DNA from: Pristiophorus japonicus
Lineage: Eukaryota
NCBI RefSeq assembly: GCF_044704955.1
Contig: NW_027254394.1
Location: forward strand, 310,001 to 374,000
Length of the DNA stretch: 64,000 bases
Direction: 5' to 3'
Below the pieces are notes generated by a model. The model was not told the origin of the DNA, ran no database searches, and was given only the letters and a program-made list of their open reading frames with translations. The stretch's first letter is position 1. Every line of letters starts with the position of its first letter. Positions 23,497-36,700 of this stretch are shown here, piece by piece. Both the position numbers and the translations under genes were made by a program.

Positions 23497-24120
23497 CGGA
23501 GGCGGGTGGGGAGAGGCTGAGGGCCGGGGCCGGCCTGCAGTGAGCTGGGGGGCGGGTGGGGAGAGGCTGGGGGCCGGGGCCGGCCTGCAGTGAGCTGGGG
23601 GGCGGGCGGGGAGAGGCTGAGGGCCGGGGCCGGCCTGCAGTGAGCTGGGGGGCGGGCGGGGAGAGGCTGAGGGCCGGGGCCGGCCTGCAGTGAGCTGGGG
23701 GGCGGGTGGGGAGAGGCTGAGGGCCGGGGCCGGCCTGCAGTGAGCTGGGGGGCGGGCGGGGAGAGGCTGAGGGCCGGGGCCGGCCTGCAGTGAGCGGGGG
23801 GGGCGGGCGGGGAGAGGCTGAGGGCCGGGGCCGGCCTGCAGTGAGCGGGGGGCGGGCGGGGAGAGGCTGAGGGCCGGGGCCGGGGCCGGCCTGCAGTGAG
23901 CGGGGGGGCGGGCGGGGAGAGGCTGAGGGCCGGGGCCGGGGCCGGCCTGCAGTGAGCGGGGGGGCGGGCGGGGAGAGGCTGAGGGCCGGGAAGGGCCTGT
24001 AGTGAGCGGGGGGCGGGTGGGGAGAGGCTGAGGGCCGGGAAGGGCCTGCAGTGAGCGGGGGGCGGGCGGGGAGAGGCTGGGGGCCGGGGCCGGGGCCGGC
24101 CTGCAGTGAGCGGGGGGCGG
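23497..24120. repeat. GC-rich ~50-bp minisatellite, about 12 units
   Basis: GAGAGGCTGAGGGCCGGGGCCGGCCTGCAGTGAGCTGGGGGGCGGGCGGG recurs every 50 nt from 23511. Confidence 0.95.
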
Positions 24121-24329
24121 ACCCGGGCGGGGGATGGATGGATGGGGTTAGGGGGGAGTGGGCTCCAGGGGCCGAGGTGGTGCGGGGGGGGGTGAGTGTG
24201 TGGCGGCAGTGGGCTGGAGGAGGCAGTGAGCGGGGCGGGGATAAACTCCCTCCAACACTCCCCAGTCAGGGCAGTAACTGCGGCCAATGGCAATGAACCA
24301 TGACACTGCAGGCCCTCAGCCTCTGCCCC

Positions 24330-24545
24330 CCGGCCCCCAGCCTCTCCCCGCCCGCCCGGGCCCGGGCTCAGCCTCCGCTCACCGGCCGCCATCGCCTCCA
24401 ACCGCGGCGCCGCTCCGCTGTTCCCGCCTCATCCACTCGCCATTCTGATTGGTCCCCAGCGCCGCGCGGGGCGGGGCGGGGTGGGGCCGGTGGGCGGGGC
24501 CCCCGCGCGGGGCGGGGACGGTTGGGCGCGCGGGAAGTTTGAACC
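24330..24545. promoter_or_regulatory. CpG-island promoter with GC boxes, CCAAT box, E2F sites and a CDE/CHR-like element
   Basis: TTCCCGCC at 24421, ATTGG at 24448, several GGGGCGGGG, and GCGCGGGAAGTTTGAA at about 24528-24543; undepleted CpG. Confidence 0.65.
24383..24392 (-). CDS. Candidate first coding mini-exon (M-A-A-, phase 1) of an unidentified gene
   Basis: gcgATGGCGGCCG|GTGAGC: strong Kozak context plus a consensus donor directly downstream of the CpG promoter; no exon 2 identified. Confidence 0.45.
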
Positions 24546-24989
24546 GGATGACCCAAATATACAAACAAACCATTTGTGGTCAATCACAGCATGAGAAGGA
24601 ATAGAAGCGGGAAATCAAATCAATGAGTTGTGTGCAGCAACAATCCTGAAAGGAAGTGTGAGCTTGGACAGATAAACAAGGGCAAGGAGCAGCTTTAAAT
24701 ACGGCCAAAAGATAAAGTCTGTCAATGCTGGGAGTGTGGGGCTTACTGAGGGAATGAGAAACAATGGTGGCACGGATTTAACAGCACTGACAAACCTGGC
24801 TGGGAATTGTGCAGGAGTGCAACATAAACATCAGATTGCAATGTTTTCAGGAGGGGCAGAACAGGAGCAAGAGTGCAAGACAGGGTGAAGGAGGGAATAG
24901 ATTCTGCAGGGAGCTGATGTGCACAAAAAATAAGTTCAGACAAAAAAAAGACAACAGCAGAAAAGAACCGAGATATAAGGAAAGTTGCG

Positions 24990-26140
24990 GGGGACCTCTC
25001 TACTCTTTACACCTTTAAGACTCTCCATAAAACCTACCTCTTTGACCGAGCTTGTGGAGCGCCTTGGGACATTTTACATTAAAGGCACTATATAAATACA
25101 AGTTGTTGTTGTTAAGGAGCATCTTGAAGGAGGAACGAGGTAGAGAGGCGGAGAGGTTTAGGCAGGGAGTTCCAGAGCTTGGGGCCAGGCAACAGAAGGC
25201 ACGGCCACCAATGGTGGAGCGATTATAATCCGGGATGCTCAGGAGGGCAGAATTAGAGGAGCGCAGACATCTCGAGGGGTTGTGGGGCTGGAGGAGATTA
25301 CAGAGAAAGGGAGGGGCGAGGCCGTGGAGGGATTTGAAAACAAGGATGAGAATTTTCAAATTGAGGCGTTGCTTAACTGGGAGCCAATGTAGGTCAGTGA
25401 GCTCAGGGGTGATGGGTGAGTGGGACTTGGTGCAAGTTAGGACATGGGCTGCCGAGTTTTGGATGACCTCAAGTTTGTGTAGGATAGAATGTTTGAATAT
25501 TCAAGAATAAAGGTAAAAAGACATGGATGAGGGTTTCAGCAGCGGATGAGCTGAGGCAGGTCGGAGACGATCGATGTTACAGAGTTGGAACTAGGTGGTC
25601 TTAGTTAAGCTGCAGATAAATGTTTGGAAGCTGATTTCCGGGTCAAATATGGCACCAAGGTTGTGAACAGCTTGGTTCAGCCTCAGACAGGACAGGGATG
25701 GAGTAAGTGGCTGGGGAACGGAGTTGGTGACGGGGACTGAAAACAATGGCTTTGGTTGTCCCAATATTTCATTGGAGAACATTTCTGCTCATCCAGTACG
25801 ATATGTTGGATAGGCAGTCTGACAATTTAGAGACCGTGACGGGGTGGAGAGACGTGGTAGTGAGGTGAAGCTGGGAGACGTCAGTGTATGTGTGGAAACT
25901 GGCGCTGTATTTTTGAATGATGTTGCCAATGTAGATGATAAATAGGAGGGGGCCAAGGATAGATCCTTGTGGGGGGGAACCAGAGTTAACGGTGCAGGAG
26001 TAGGAAGAGAAACTATTCTCTGGCAACGGTTAGATAGATAAGATTGAAACCAGGTGAGTGCAGTCTCACCCAGCTGGTCAACGGTGGAGAGGGTTTGGAG
26101 GAGGATGGATTGGTAAATCATGTCAAAGTCTGCAGACAAG
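24990..26140 (-). mobile_element. L2 LINE fragments (short plus-strand tail to about 25112, then minus-strand RT)
   Basis: ALTWFQSYLSNR, PQGSILGPLLFIIY and FKILILVFKSLHGLAP are L2-clade motifs. Confidence 0.85.
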
Positions 26141-26668
26141 TCAAGAAGAACAACACAAAGACATTACGGTTACAATGTACAACGTCACAGGAGATTGGCT
26201 AATTTTTAAAAAGAACCTTGTCTTGTGCAATGAGGATTGGGCGGATTCTACACTGGGTGTCAGCTCACAACAGCAGTTTTACGCAAGTTGAAAATCTTAC
26301 GTATTTGATTCAATGTATATTTTAACGTATGTGTTGATGTTAGATGAAGAAACCAGATGTGAATTGGTTTGCCTGGGCCTATCATAGCTACTGCTGACTG
26401 CACATCTTAATTTGTAGTTTTTGGAGCTTCGTGTTTTGGTGTTTTTCATTCCTGCTTGTTACTTGCTGATTCTCACGTTCTCCACCTGTGCAGTTGTGAT
26501 CTGTTGGTGGTTGATGAATATGAAATTTAATCCTATCGGCTGGGAGAACTTTGCATATGAGAAGGTGTGACAGCCAAAGTGTGACACAGGAAATGTGACA
26601 GTCAAACAGGAAATGCATCCTGTGCACCATTTTTAATAGGTTGCCAGTGGATGTCCTGTGTTACTCAC

Positions 26669-26900
26669 AATAAGTCAGAGAATGCTCTGTTTTATGGAGC
26701 AATGTACATGAACCTTTCGTTAACTTCAAATAGCGATTCATTTTAAAGTGGCTCTTCTCCCTACGACTGACGGTAGTTTCAAGCTGGTGACCATGTAGAT
26801 GGCAAATGCCCTGGTTACTGGTCGTTTATTTCAGTCTAGTTTTAAATAGTATCCATGAGCTGAGCATTGAGAGATTGTACAGGGAGGTGCCACAGTAACC
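26669..26900 (-). pseudogene. Possible heavily decayed C1-set Ig exon
   Basis: Pyrimidine tract followed by ..QCSAHGYY.. (compare CxAxGFYP), later a frameshifted YxCSIK-like stretch and a GTGAGT donor at 26668; several indels must be assumed. Confidence 0.3.
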
Positions 26901-26973
26901 AACAGGAAGCTTACTTCATTGTAGAAAGAGACAGAACATGGGCATTTTAAAACAGGTCACTTATTAACGTTGG

Positions 26974-29410
26974 GTGGGGCCGAAATTGCCCCTTCCGATA
27001 AAGCCTCTTGCTGCCTGAAAGCAGCGGCTATGGGGCGGCGCGGAATGGCCGGGGACTCACGGCGGACTGGCCGATGTTCGTGGCATTGCCCTCAAAGGTT
27101 TTTGCTGCATTGTGAAGATCCGCCCCGCTCCAGCAGATGCGTCGTTAACGATGTCATCCGAGCACGCACCGCATCGGACCCGCCCCGGAAGGTAAATTCA
27201 TTCAAAAAGTCTTCCAGCCGCCTGTCGATGCCAACGACAGTTTTTTGGGTCGGTACACAGTGCTAACTCAAGACCACCAGCAGCCTTTAAAAGTGTGTTG
27301 CATGTAGCAGCATTCTGCACTGACCCTCCCACTCCAGATATTGGGTGAAATGGAGAGAAGGCAGGGTGCACAGGAGGCAGATGCTTGCCAGCAGCAGGCT
27401 GCAGAGGGTGAGGAGCAGCAAGAGCATGAAGGAGAAGGCAATGAGGCAGCTGCCATCGGAAGACGTGAACATAGACATGGCGGGGAGAAGGCCCTATCGT
27501 CCAAGGGTGTACAGACAGCAGTTCTCATACATGGACCTGACGGATGACCAGTGTCTCCGGAGACTTCGATTCCTGTGCAATCTCCTGCAGCCAGACCTCC
27601 AGCCTCGAACAAAGTTGAGGACAGCGCTGACCGTTGCATCCAAGGTGACCATAGCACTCCATTTCTATGCGACTTGATCATTCCAAGCTGCTACAGTAGA
27701 CATCTCGAACATTTCACATTTCACCGCGCGTCGCTCCATCATTAAGTGACAGATGCTCTCTATAAGAGAAGGAGGGACTAGTTATCCTTCCCGATGAGCA
27801 GGGACAAACAGTTGGTGTGGAGACCAGATTCGGGAGGTGTGTGGGCTTCCCCAGGGTTCAGGGTGCCATTGACTGCACCCACGTCGCAATGAGGGCACCA
27901 CAGAACAATCCCGAGATCTTCAGAAACTGCAAGGGATTCCACTCCCTCAATGTGCAGCTGGTGTGTGACACCCCACCACAAAATCATGGCAGCTGATGCC
28001 CGGTATCCTGGCAGCAGCCTCGTTGCTTTCATCCAGCGCCAGAGCGGTGCGCCTGACGTGTTTGTTGGACCAAGCCAAGGTTGCGGCTGGGTCCTTGGAG
28101 ACAAGGGCTACCCACTGTGCACTTGGCTGCTGACTCCCCTTCACAACCCCAGGACTGCTGTGCAGCAAGCCGGCAATGACTCTCATTCAGCCACCAGCTG
28201 CTTCATTGAGCAGTGCATCAGAATCCTTAAACAGAGGTTCCATTGCCTGGATCACTCTTCCAGTACTCGCCTGAGCGGGTCTCCCTATTCGTGGTCGTCT
28301 GATGCATGCTTCATAACCTGGCAATCATGAGGGCACAACCATTGGAGGACGAGGCACCAGTATCAGCTGAGGAGGAGGACCAGGAGGAGGAGGACCAGTA
28401 CCAGTACCAGGAGGAGGAGGAGGCACAGGAGCACGATGCACAGAAGGAGGAGGAGGTGCAGGAGGAGGACCAGGATGCGGGTCGCTGGCCAAACTGGAGG
28501 CAGCGTCGCCATCCAAACCCTGCAAGGGAAGTGCAAAGCCGTCTCATTGTTGCTCGTTTCTGATGAGTTCATGCGCACTTCACCCTTCACCTGTGCATCT
28601 CCATGGCCAACCCAATGAGCCCTCTCACACATCATTACCCACAGTGAAATGAGACACCTGCACAGATATTGAAACACAAAATAAAGATTTATTACACAAG
28701 AAAGAATGGTGCAAAAAAACATACACCATCAATTATCATCCTTGTGCATTTGCTTATTCTTACACAAACCTATTCTTGAACTATGCCCCAGTGTCTCGCC
28801 TGTGGCTGCATCATGCGTCTGGGAAGGCTGCTGTGTTTCAGGTGTAGAAGCTGCAGATGTCCTTCTAGGACGCCCTCGACCAGCTCTTTCCCTGGAAGTG
28901 CCAGCTGCAGACTGCACCGCACTCTCCTCGGTGCATTCAGTCGGGATTGGCTGGGGCGATTCCATGCTTGATGGCAATGGCGGACTGAGAGGTCTCAGCT
29001 CAGGACTACTGAGAGAGCACATCAGAATCCTGGTCCGAGGAGCCTGCTCCACTCCCCCGGGGCAGCACCTCACCATCCCCACCAATCAGCTGGAGCACAG
29101 GTCAGTGGTGTGGCACGACACCGGAAGTTCCCCGTGGACCGTGGTGGACCCAGCCGCGATGGCAACAGTCAGATCTCGCTTGGCATCCAGCTGAGACTGC
29201 ATGAGAGCAGATACAGTCTCAATGCCACCAGAGGCTACAGCAGTAAGATGCTCCGTAAGACAGCAGCATGAGCCTGGAGCAGCTGAGGGAGAGTTAAACA
29301 TCAGCGTCTCCGGGACAACGGAGGCAGCGCGAGCCTGGTGCACCTGTTCGGCATGTGGCGTGGGTAATGGTGGCGGCCACTCTGACTTCTCCCACAATCC
29401 TTCGAGAAGC
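26974..29410 (+). mobile_element. PIF/Harbinger transposon fossil: DDE transposase (+, about 27340-28563) and opposite-strand second gene remnant
   Basis: [52 protein letters not shown] and IEQCIRILKQRF match the HARBI1-like DDE nuclease; GGGGCCGAAATTG terminus. Confidence 0.92.
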
Positions 29411-30527
29411 TAAAATGGAGCAGGACCCCAGCGTGTTTCATCCCATTCCCTCATCACACCTCAGATCTCCCACCACCTCTCCTGAAGGCACTGCTCAGTG
29501 CCGAGCTTACAGCTCACACCCCACTATAGGCAATTAGGCCCATACAGTAGTGCCTGGTCTCCAATCGTCTCAGACCCCCTTGCCACTGGACCAAGACCTT
29601 GCTCTGCTAAGCCCGTGTGGTAGCCGGTGTTCGGTGGCCACCCCACCGTAAAAAAACTCACGCACATGTATCTTCCACCCTTCAAATGAAGTTTGGGACT
29701 TGGAACGTCCGGCCCCTCATGGACAACCCCAACAGCGACAGACTGGAATGCCGCACCGCCATCGATGCCCGGGAACTTAGAGGCTTCGATATCGACAGTG
29801 CCGCCCGAAGCAGATCCGGTGAGTAGGGGAAGGCCAGATCAAAGAACAAGGTGGAGGTTACACCTTCTTCTGGGAAGGCAAATGGTCTACAGGGCTGTAG
29901 TGATACCCGCCCTCCTATATGCTCAGGAGACGTGGACCATATACAGTAGAGACCTCAAATCGCTGGAGAAATACCACCAACGATGTCTCCGCAAGATCCT
30001 GCAAATCTCCTGGGAGGACAGACGCACCAACATCAGTGTTGTCAATCAGGCCAGCATCGAAACACTGACCACATTCGACCAGCTCCATTGGGCAGGCCAC
30101 ATTGTCCGCATGTCCGACACAAGACTCCCAAAGCAAGCGCTGTACTCGGAACTCCGACACAGCAAGCGAGCCCCAGGTGGACAGAGGAAACATTTCAAGG
30201 GCACCCTCAAAGCCTCCTTGATAAAGTGCAACATCCCCACTGACACCTGGGAATCCCTGGGCAAAGATTGCCTTAAGTGGAGGAAGAGCATCCGGAAGGG
30301 CGTTGAGCACCTCGAGTCTCGTCACCGAGAGCATGCAGAAAACAAGCGCAGGCAGCGGAAGGAGCGTGCGGCAAACCAGTCCCACCCACCCTTTCCCTCA
30401 ATGACTGTCTGTCCCACCTGTGACAGAGACTGTAATTCCCCTATTGGACTGTTCAATCACCTGAGAACTCACTTCTAGAGTGGAAGCAAGTCTTCCTCGA
30501 TTTTGAGGGACTGCCTATGATGATGAT
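29411..30527 (+). mobile_element. RTE-clade LINE, internally deleted
   Basis: MKFGTWNVR (APE N-terminus) joined to the C-terminal LLYAQETW..HQRCLRKIL..CPTC..HLRTH; ATGATGATG tail. Confidence 0.9.
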
Positions 30528-30656
30528 ATTGCCTGTTTTGAACAAAATTAAAAACAGTTATCTGCAGTAATCTCGTGTAAAATGTGACAATTCAGACATT
30601 GAGTTTATCCCGGGCATATCTGAGCCATACAGACTGGTAGGTCTCAGGATTGTGTG

Positions 30657-33600
30657 AATCAGAATCGTGGAAATTCATGGCACAGGAGGCAATTCGACCC
30701 ATCGTGTCTGTGCCGGAGGACTAAGAGCTATCCAGCCTAATCCCACTTTCCAGTTCTTGGTCTGTATCCTTGTAGGGTATGGCACTTCAAGTGCATATCC
30801 AAGTACTTTTTAAATGTGATGAGGGTTTTTGCCTCTCCCAGCCTTTTAGGCAGTGAATTCCAGAGCCCCACTGCTCTCTCAGTGGAAAAAGTTCTCAACT
30901 CCCCTCTAGTCCTTCCAATCACCTTAAATCTATACCCCCTGGTTGTTGACCCCTCTGCTAAGGAAAATACAGGCAACCCTCGATTATCCGGGTCCCACGG
31001 GGATTGAGCTATTTCGGGTAAACGATTTTTCCGTTATGGCGAGTTGACATTTATAAGTTAAAACTTGAATGAATCAATACAAACAGTAACAAAAGATAGA
31101 CATTACCAGCATGCATGTACAGGTTCTGTGCCTGGAACCCGGTGCCAGCACCATCCCCGTTCCCAACGTCAGCGGCGGCCGCGAGAGACAGCGGCTGCAG
31201 CAGCGCGCACACACCTCAGCAAAGTAAAGGCAGAGGAGGGTGATTTTTATGGTGAGTGAGAGAGTGTGTGTGAGAGAGAAAATGTGCGAGATTGTGTGTG
31301 CGAGAGAGAATGAGCAAATATAAATGAGCACAGTGTTTGGAAGGCGATTTTTCCAAATTATTTGGAGCTGTCTTTTCACTTGTTAGCCACAGAATTTTAA
31401 ATCCCGATACAACGGTTTCCCGTTGGATCCGTGTACGGATAATCGAGAGTTGCCTGTAGGTCATTCCTATCCACTCTTATCTTGGCCCCTCATCATTTTA
31501 TACACCTCAATAAGTCTCCCCTCAGCCACCTCTGTTCCAAAGAAAACAACACCAACCTATCCAATCTTTCTTCATAGCTAAAATTCACCAGTCATGAAAA
31601 AATTCTCGTAAATTTCCTCTGCACACTCTCTAGTGCAATTACATCTTTCCTGTAATGTGGTGACCAGAACAGTATGCTGTGCTCTAGCTGTGGCCTATCA
31701 AGTGTTTTAATGCAGTTCTAGCATAAGCTCCCTGCTCATATATTCTATGCCTCAGCTGAGAAAGGAAAGTATCCCGTATGCCTTCTTAATCACCGTATCT
31801 ACCTGTCCTGTTACCTTCAGGGATCTGTGGACATGCATTTCAAGAACCCTCTATTCCTCTACACTTCTCCGTATTCTACCATTTATTGTGTATTCCCTTG
31901 CCTTGTTAACCCTCCCCAAATGGAATATCTCACACTTCTTCGGATTGAATTCCATTTGCCACCTTTCTGCCCACTTGTCCAGTCCATTGGCATCTTCCTG
32001 CAGTATGCCTCAGTGCCAACCACACGGCCAATTTTTGTATCATCTTCAAACTTCTTAATCATACCTCCTATATTGGAATCTAAATCATTGACGCATACCA
32101 CAAAAAGCAAGGGACCTACTACTGAGCCCTGCGGAACCCCATTGGAAACAGCCTTCCAGTCACCAAAACACCCGTCGACCATTACCTTTTGCTTCCTGCA
32201 ACTGAGACAATTTTGGATCCAACTTGCCACTTCCCCTTGGATCAGATGGACTTTTACTTTCCTGACCAGTCTGCCAGGTTGGACCTTGTCAAATGCCTTG
32301 CTTAAAATCCATGTAGACAAACGCACTACCCTCATCAACCATCCTTGTTACCTCCTCAAAAATAATCAAGTTAGTCAGACATGACCTTCCTTTAACAAAT
32401 CCATGCTGATTGTCCTTGATTAATTCATGCCTTGCTAAATGATGATTAAGACTGTGCCTCACAAATGTTTCCAACAATTTTCCCATCACCGAGGTTAGGC
32501 TGACTGGCCTGTAATTACTTGCTCTATCCCGTTCTCCTTTTTTAAACAATAGTACAACATTAGCAGTCCTCCAGTCCTCCAGCATCACGCCTGTAGCCTG
32601 AGAGGATTGGAAAATGATGGTCAGAGCCTCTGCTATTTTCTTCCTTGCTTCTCCTAACAGTCTGGGATACATTACATCCGGGTCTGGCGATTTATCTACT
32701 TTCAAGGATGTTAAACCCCTTAATATTTCCTCTCTCACTACGGTTATTTCATCTAATATTTCACACTCCTCCCCCTTAACTACAATGTTTGCATTGTCCC
32801 TCCTTTTTGTGAAGACAGATGCAAAGTATTCATTAAGAACCATACCCATATCCTCCATCACAATCTTCCTTTTTTGGTCTCCCACAGACTCTACTCTTTC
32901 TTTAGTTATCCTCATGCTCTTTATATAGTTATAAAACATTCTTGATTTTACTTGCCAATATTTTTTCATATCTTTGCATTCCTCATTTTTTAATTTTACC
33001 CCTGCACTTTCTATACTCCTCTAGGCTTTCTGCAGTATTTAGCTCTTGGTATCCAACATACACTTCCCTTTTTTGCCTTATCCCACTGTATGTCCCTTGA
33101 CATCCATGGAGTTCTAGATTTGGGAGTCCCACCACTGCTCCAACACTGATTTACCTTCGTTGCTGTTTGAAGTCCACTTTTGCTAAGTCACATCTCGGCT
33201 TAGTAAAATTGGCCTTTCCCCAACTGAGAACTTTTACTCTTGGTTTATCTTTCTCCTTTCCATAACTACACTAAATCTAACTGAATTATGATCACTAACA
33301 CCAAAATGCTCTCCCACTGATACCCCTACCATCTGTCCAGCATCATTCCATAAGTCCAGAACCGCCCCTCTCTTGTTGGGCTTGCTACGACTGACTAAAA
33401 ACGTTCTGCTGAATGCATTTTATGAATTCTGTACCCTCTGTACGTTTTACACTGATTCTATCCCAGTTAATGTTAGGGTAGTTGAAATCCCCTACTATTT
33501 CTGCCCTATTGTTTTTGCACTTCTCAGAAATGTGCTTATATTTGCTCTTCTCTCTTCCTCTGATGATTTGGGGGTCTATAGTACACTCCCAGCAGTGTGA

Positions 33601-33775
33601 TTGCCCCTTTTTTGTTCTTCAGTTCAACCCATAAGGCCTCATTTGATGATCTTTCTAACGTATTATCCCTCCTCACAGCTGTAATTGTTTCCAATATTTC
33701 GACTGCCCCTTCCATTTTTTATCCCCCTCTCTATCTCATCTGAAAACCCTGTAACCAGGAATGTTTTGCTGCCAT
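30657..33775 (-). mobile_element. CR1 LINE ORF2 (second subfamily) with a nested MITE
   Basis: Minus-strand ORFs with KSPDPD, QHGFVKGRSCLTN and GVPQGSVVGP. Confidence 0.92.
30970..31456. mobile_element. Tc1/mariner (Tigger/pogo-like) MITE
   Basis: TIRs CAGGCAACCCTCGATTATCCG and CGGATAATCGAGAGTTGCCTG; TA TSD at 30968-69 and 31457-58. Confidence 0.92.
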
Positions 33776-33777
33776 TC

Positions 33778-36700
33778 GTGGCAAGTAGAATCAGGGACAA
33801 CCCAAAGATGTTTTATAAATATATTAAGAGCATGAGGATAACTAGAAAAAGAGTGGGGCCTATTAGATACCATAAAGTAAATCTGTGTGTGGAGGCAGAA
33901 GATGTGGGTATGATTCTTAATGAATACTTTGCATCTGTTTTCACAAAAGAGAGGGGCGATGAAGACTTTGCAATGAGGGAGGAGGAGTGTGAAATATTAG
34001 ATGAGATAAACATAGTGAGAGAGGAAGTATTAAGGGGCTTAACAACTTTGAAAGTGGATAAATCCCCAGGCCCGGATGAAATGTATCCCTGTTAAGAGAA
34101 GCAAAAGAAGAAATAGCAGAGGCTCTGACCATCATTTTCCAATCCTCTCTGGCTACAGGTGTGGTACCAGAGGACTGGGAGGACTACTGATATTGTACCT
34201 TTGTTTAAAAAGGGAGAAATGGATAGACCAAGTAATTACAGGCCAGTCAGTCTTACCTCAGTGGTGGGAAAAATCCTGAGGGACATGATAAATCTTCATT
34301 TGGAAAGACATGGATTAATCAAGGATAGTCAGCACAAATTGGTTAAGGGAAGGTCATGTCTGACTAACTTGATTGAATTTTTTGAGGAGGTAACAAGGAG
34401 GGTCAAAGAGGACGGTGTGTATGATATAGTGTATATGGATTTTAGCAACGTTTTTCATACGATCCCACATGACAGACTGGTCACGAAAGTAAAAGCCCAT
34501 GGGATCCAGGGCAAAGTGGCAAGTTGTATCCAAAATTGGCTCATGGGCAGGAAGCAATGGGTAATGGTTGATGGGTGTTTTTGTGCCTGGAAGGCTGTTT
34601 CCAGTAGGGGTCCGCAGGGCTCAGTGCTGGATCCCTTGCTTTTTGTGGTATATATCAATGACTTGGTCTTGAATGTTGGGGGTATGATTAAGAGGTTTGT
34701 AGATGACACTAAAATAGGCTGTGTGGTTGATAATGAAGAAGCAAGCTGCGGATTGCAAGGCGATATCAATGTACTGGTCAGGCGGTTGGAACAGTGGAAA
34801 ATGGATTCAATCCGGATAAGTGTGAGGTAATGCATTTGGGGAGGTCTAACAAGGCAAGGGAATACACAGTAACTGGTACGACACTGAAAAGTGTAGAGGA
34901 ACAAAGGGACCTTGGAATGCAGGTCCACAGATCCCTAAAGGTAGTAGGCCAGGTAGATAAGGTGGTTAAGAAGGCAGAGAGAATACTTGCCTTTGTTAGT
35001 CGAGGCATGGAATACAAGAGCTAGGAGGTTATGCTTGAACTGTAAAAGCACAGGTTAGGCCGCAGCTGGAGTACTGTGTGCAGTTCTGTCACCCCATTAC
35101 AGGAAAGGAGGGTAGCTAATGTAACACCATTTTTTAAAAAAGGAGAGAGAAAATGGGTAATTATAGACCGGTTAGCCTGACATCAGTAGTGGGGAAAATG
35201 TTGGAATCAATTATTAAAGATGAAACAGCAGCACATTTGGAAAGTAGTGACAGGATCGGGCCAAGTCAGCATGGATTTATGAAAGGGAAATCATGCTTGA
35301 CAAATCTTCTGGAATTTTTTGAGGATGTAACTAGTAGAGTGGAGAAGGGAGAACTAGTGGATGTGGTGTATTTGGACTTTCAAAAGGCTTTTGACAAGGT
35401 CCCACACAAGAGATTGATGTGCAAAATTAGAGCAAATGGTATTGGGGTAATGTATTAACGTGGATAGAGAACTGGTTGGCAGACATGAAGCAGAGAGTCG
35501 GGATAAACGGATCCTTTTCTGAACAGGCAGGCAGTGACTAATGGGGTGCTGCAGGGTTCAGTGCTGGGACCCCAGCTATTTACAATATAGATAAATGATT
35601 AACATGAAGGAATTGAGAGTAATATCTTCAAGTTTGCAGATGACACTAAGCTGGGTGGCGGTGTGAGCTGTGAGGAGGATGCTAAGAGGCTGCAGGGTGA
35701 CTTGGACAGGTTAGGTGAGTGGGAAAATGCATGGCAGATGCAGTATAATGTGGATAAATGTGAGGTTAGCCACTTTGGTGGCAAAAACATGACAGCAGAA
35801 TATTATCTGAATGGCGGCAGATTAGGAAAAGGTGCAACGAGACTTGGGTGTCATGGTACATCAGTCATTGAAAGTTGGCATGCAGGTACAGCAGGTGGTG
35901 AAGAAGGCAAATGGCATGTTGGCTTTCATAGCGAGGGGATTTGAGTATAGGAGCAGGGAGGTCTTACTGCAGTTGTACAGGGCCTTGTTGAGGCCTCACC
36001 TGGAATATTGTGTTCAGTTTTCGTCTCCTAATCTGAGGAAGGATGTTCTTGCTATTGAGGGAGTGCAGCGAAGATTCACCAGGCTGATTCCCGGGATGGC
36101 AGGACTGACATGAGGAGAGACTGGATCGACTGGGCCTCTATTCACTGAAGTTTAGAAAGATGAGAGGAGATCTCATAGAAACATATAAAATTCTGACGGG
36201 ACTGGACAGGTTAGATGCAGGAAGAATGTTCCCGATGCTGGGGGAGTCCAGAACCAGGGGTCACAGTAAGGATAAGGGGTAAGCCATTTAGGACCGAGAT
36301 GAGGAGAAATCTGTTCACTCAGAGAGTTGTTAACCTGTGGAATTCTCTACCACACAGAGTTGTTGATGCCAGTTCGTTAGATATATTCAAGAGGGAGTTG
36401 GCCCTTACGGCTAAAGGGATCAAGGGATATGGAGAGAAAGCAGGAAAGGGGTACTGAGGTGAATGATCAGCCATGATCTTTTTGAATGGTGATGCAGGCT
36501 GGAAGGGCCAAGTGGCCTACTCCTGCACCTATTTTCCATGTTTCTATGAAAGATGTGATTGCACTGGAAAGGGTGCAGAGGAGATTTACAAGAATGTTGC
36601 CTGGGCTGGAGAATTTTAGCTTTGAGGAAAAATTGGAGATGCTGGGTCTGTTTTCTTTGGAACAGAGGAGGCTGAGGGGAGACCTGATTGAGGTGTATAA

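Noticed and set aside
23460-24401. 313-aa Pro-rich ORF
   Set aside because: Read-through of the donor into the 50-bp minisatellite
27345-28563. Host HARBI1 gene
   Set aside because: Multiple stops and frameshifts, TIR-like end and other Harbinger fossils in the window indicate a transposon remnant
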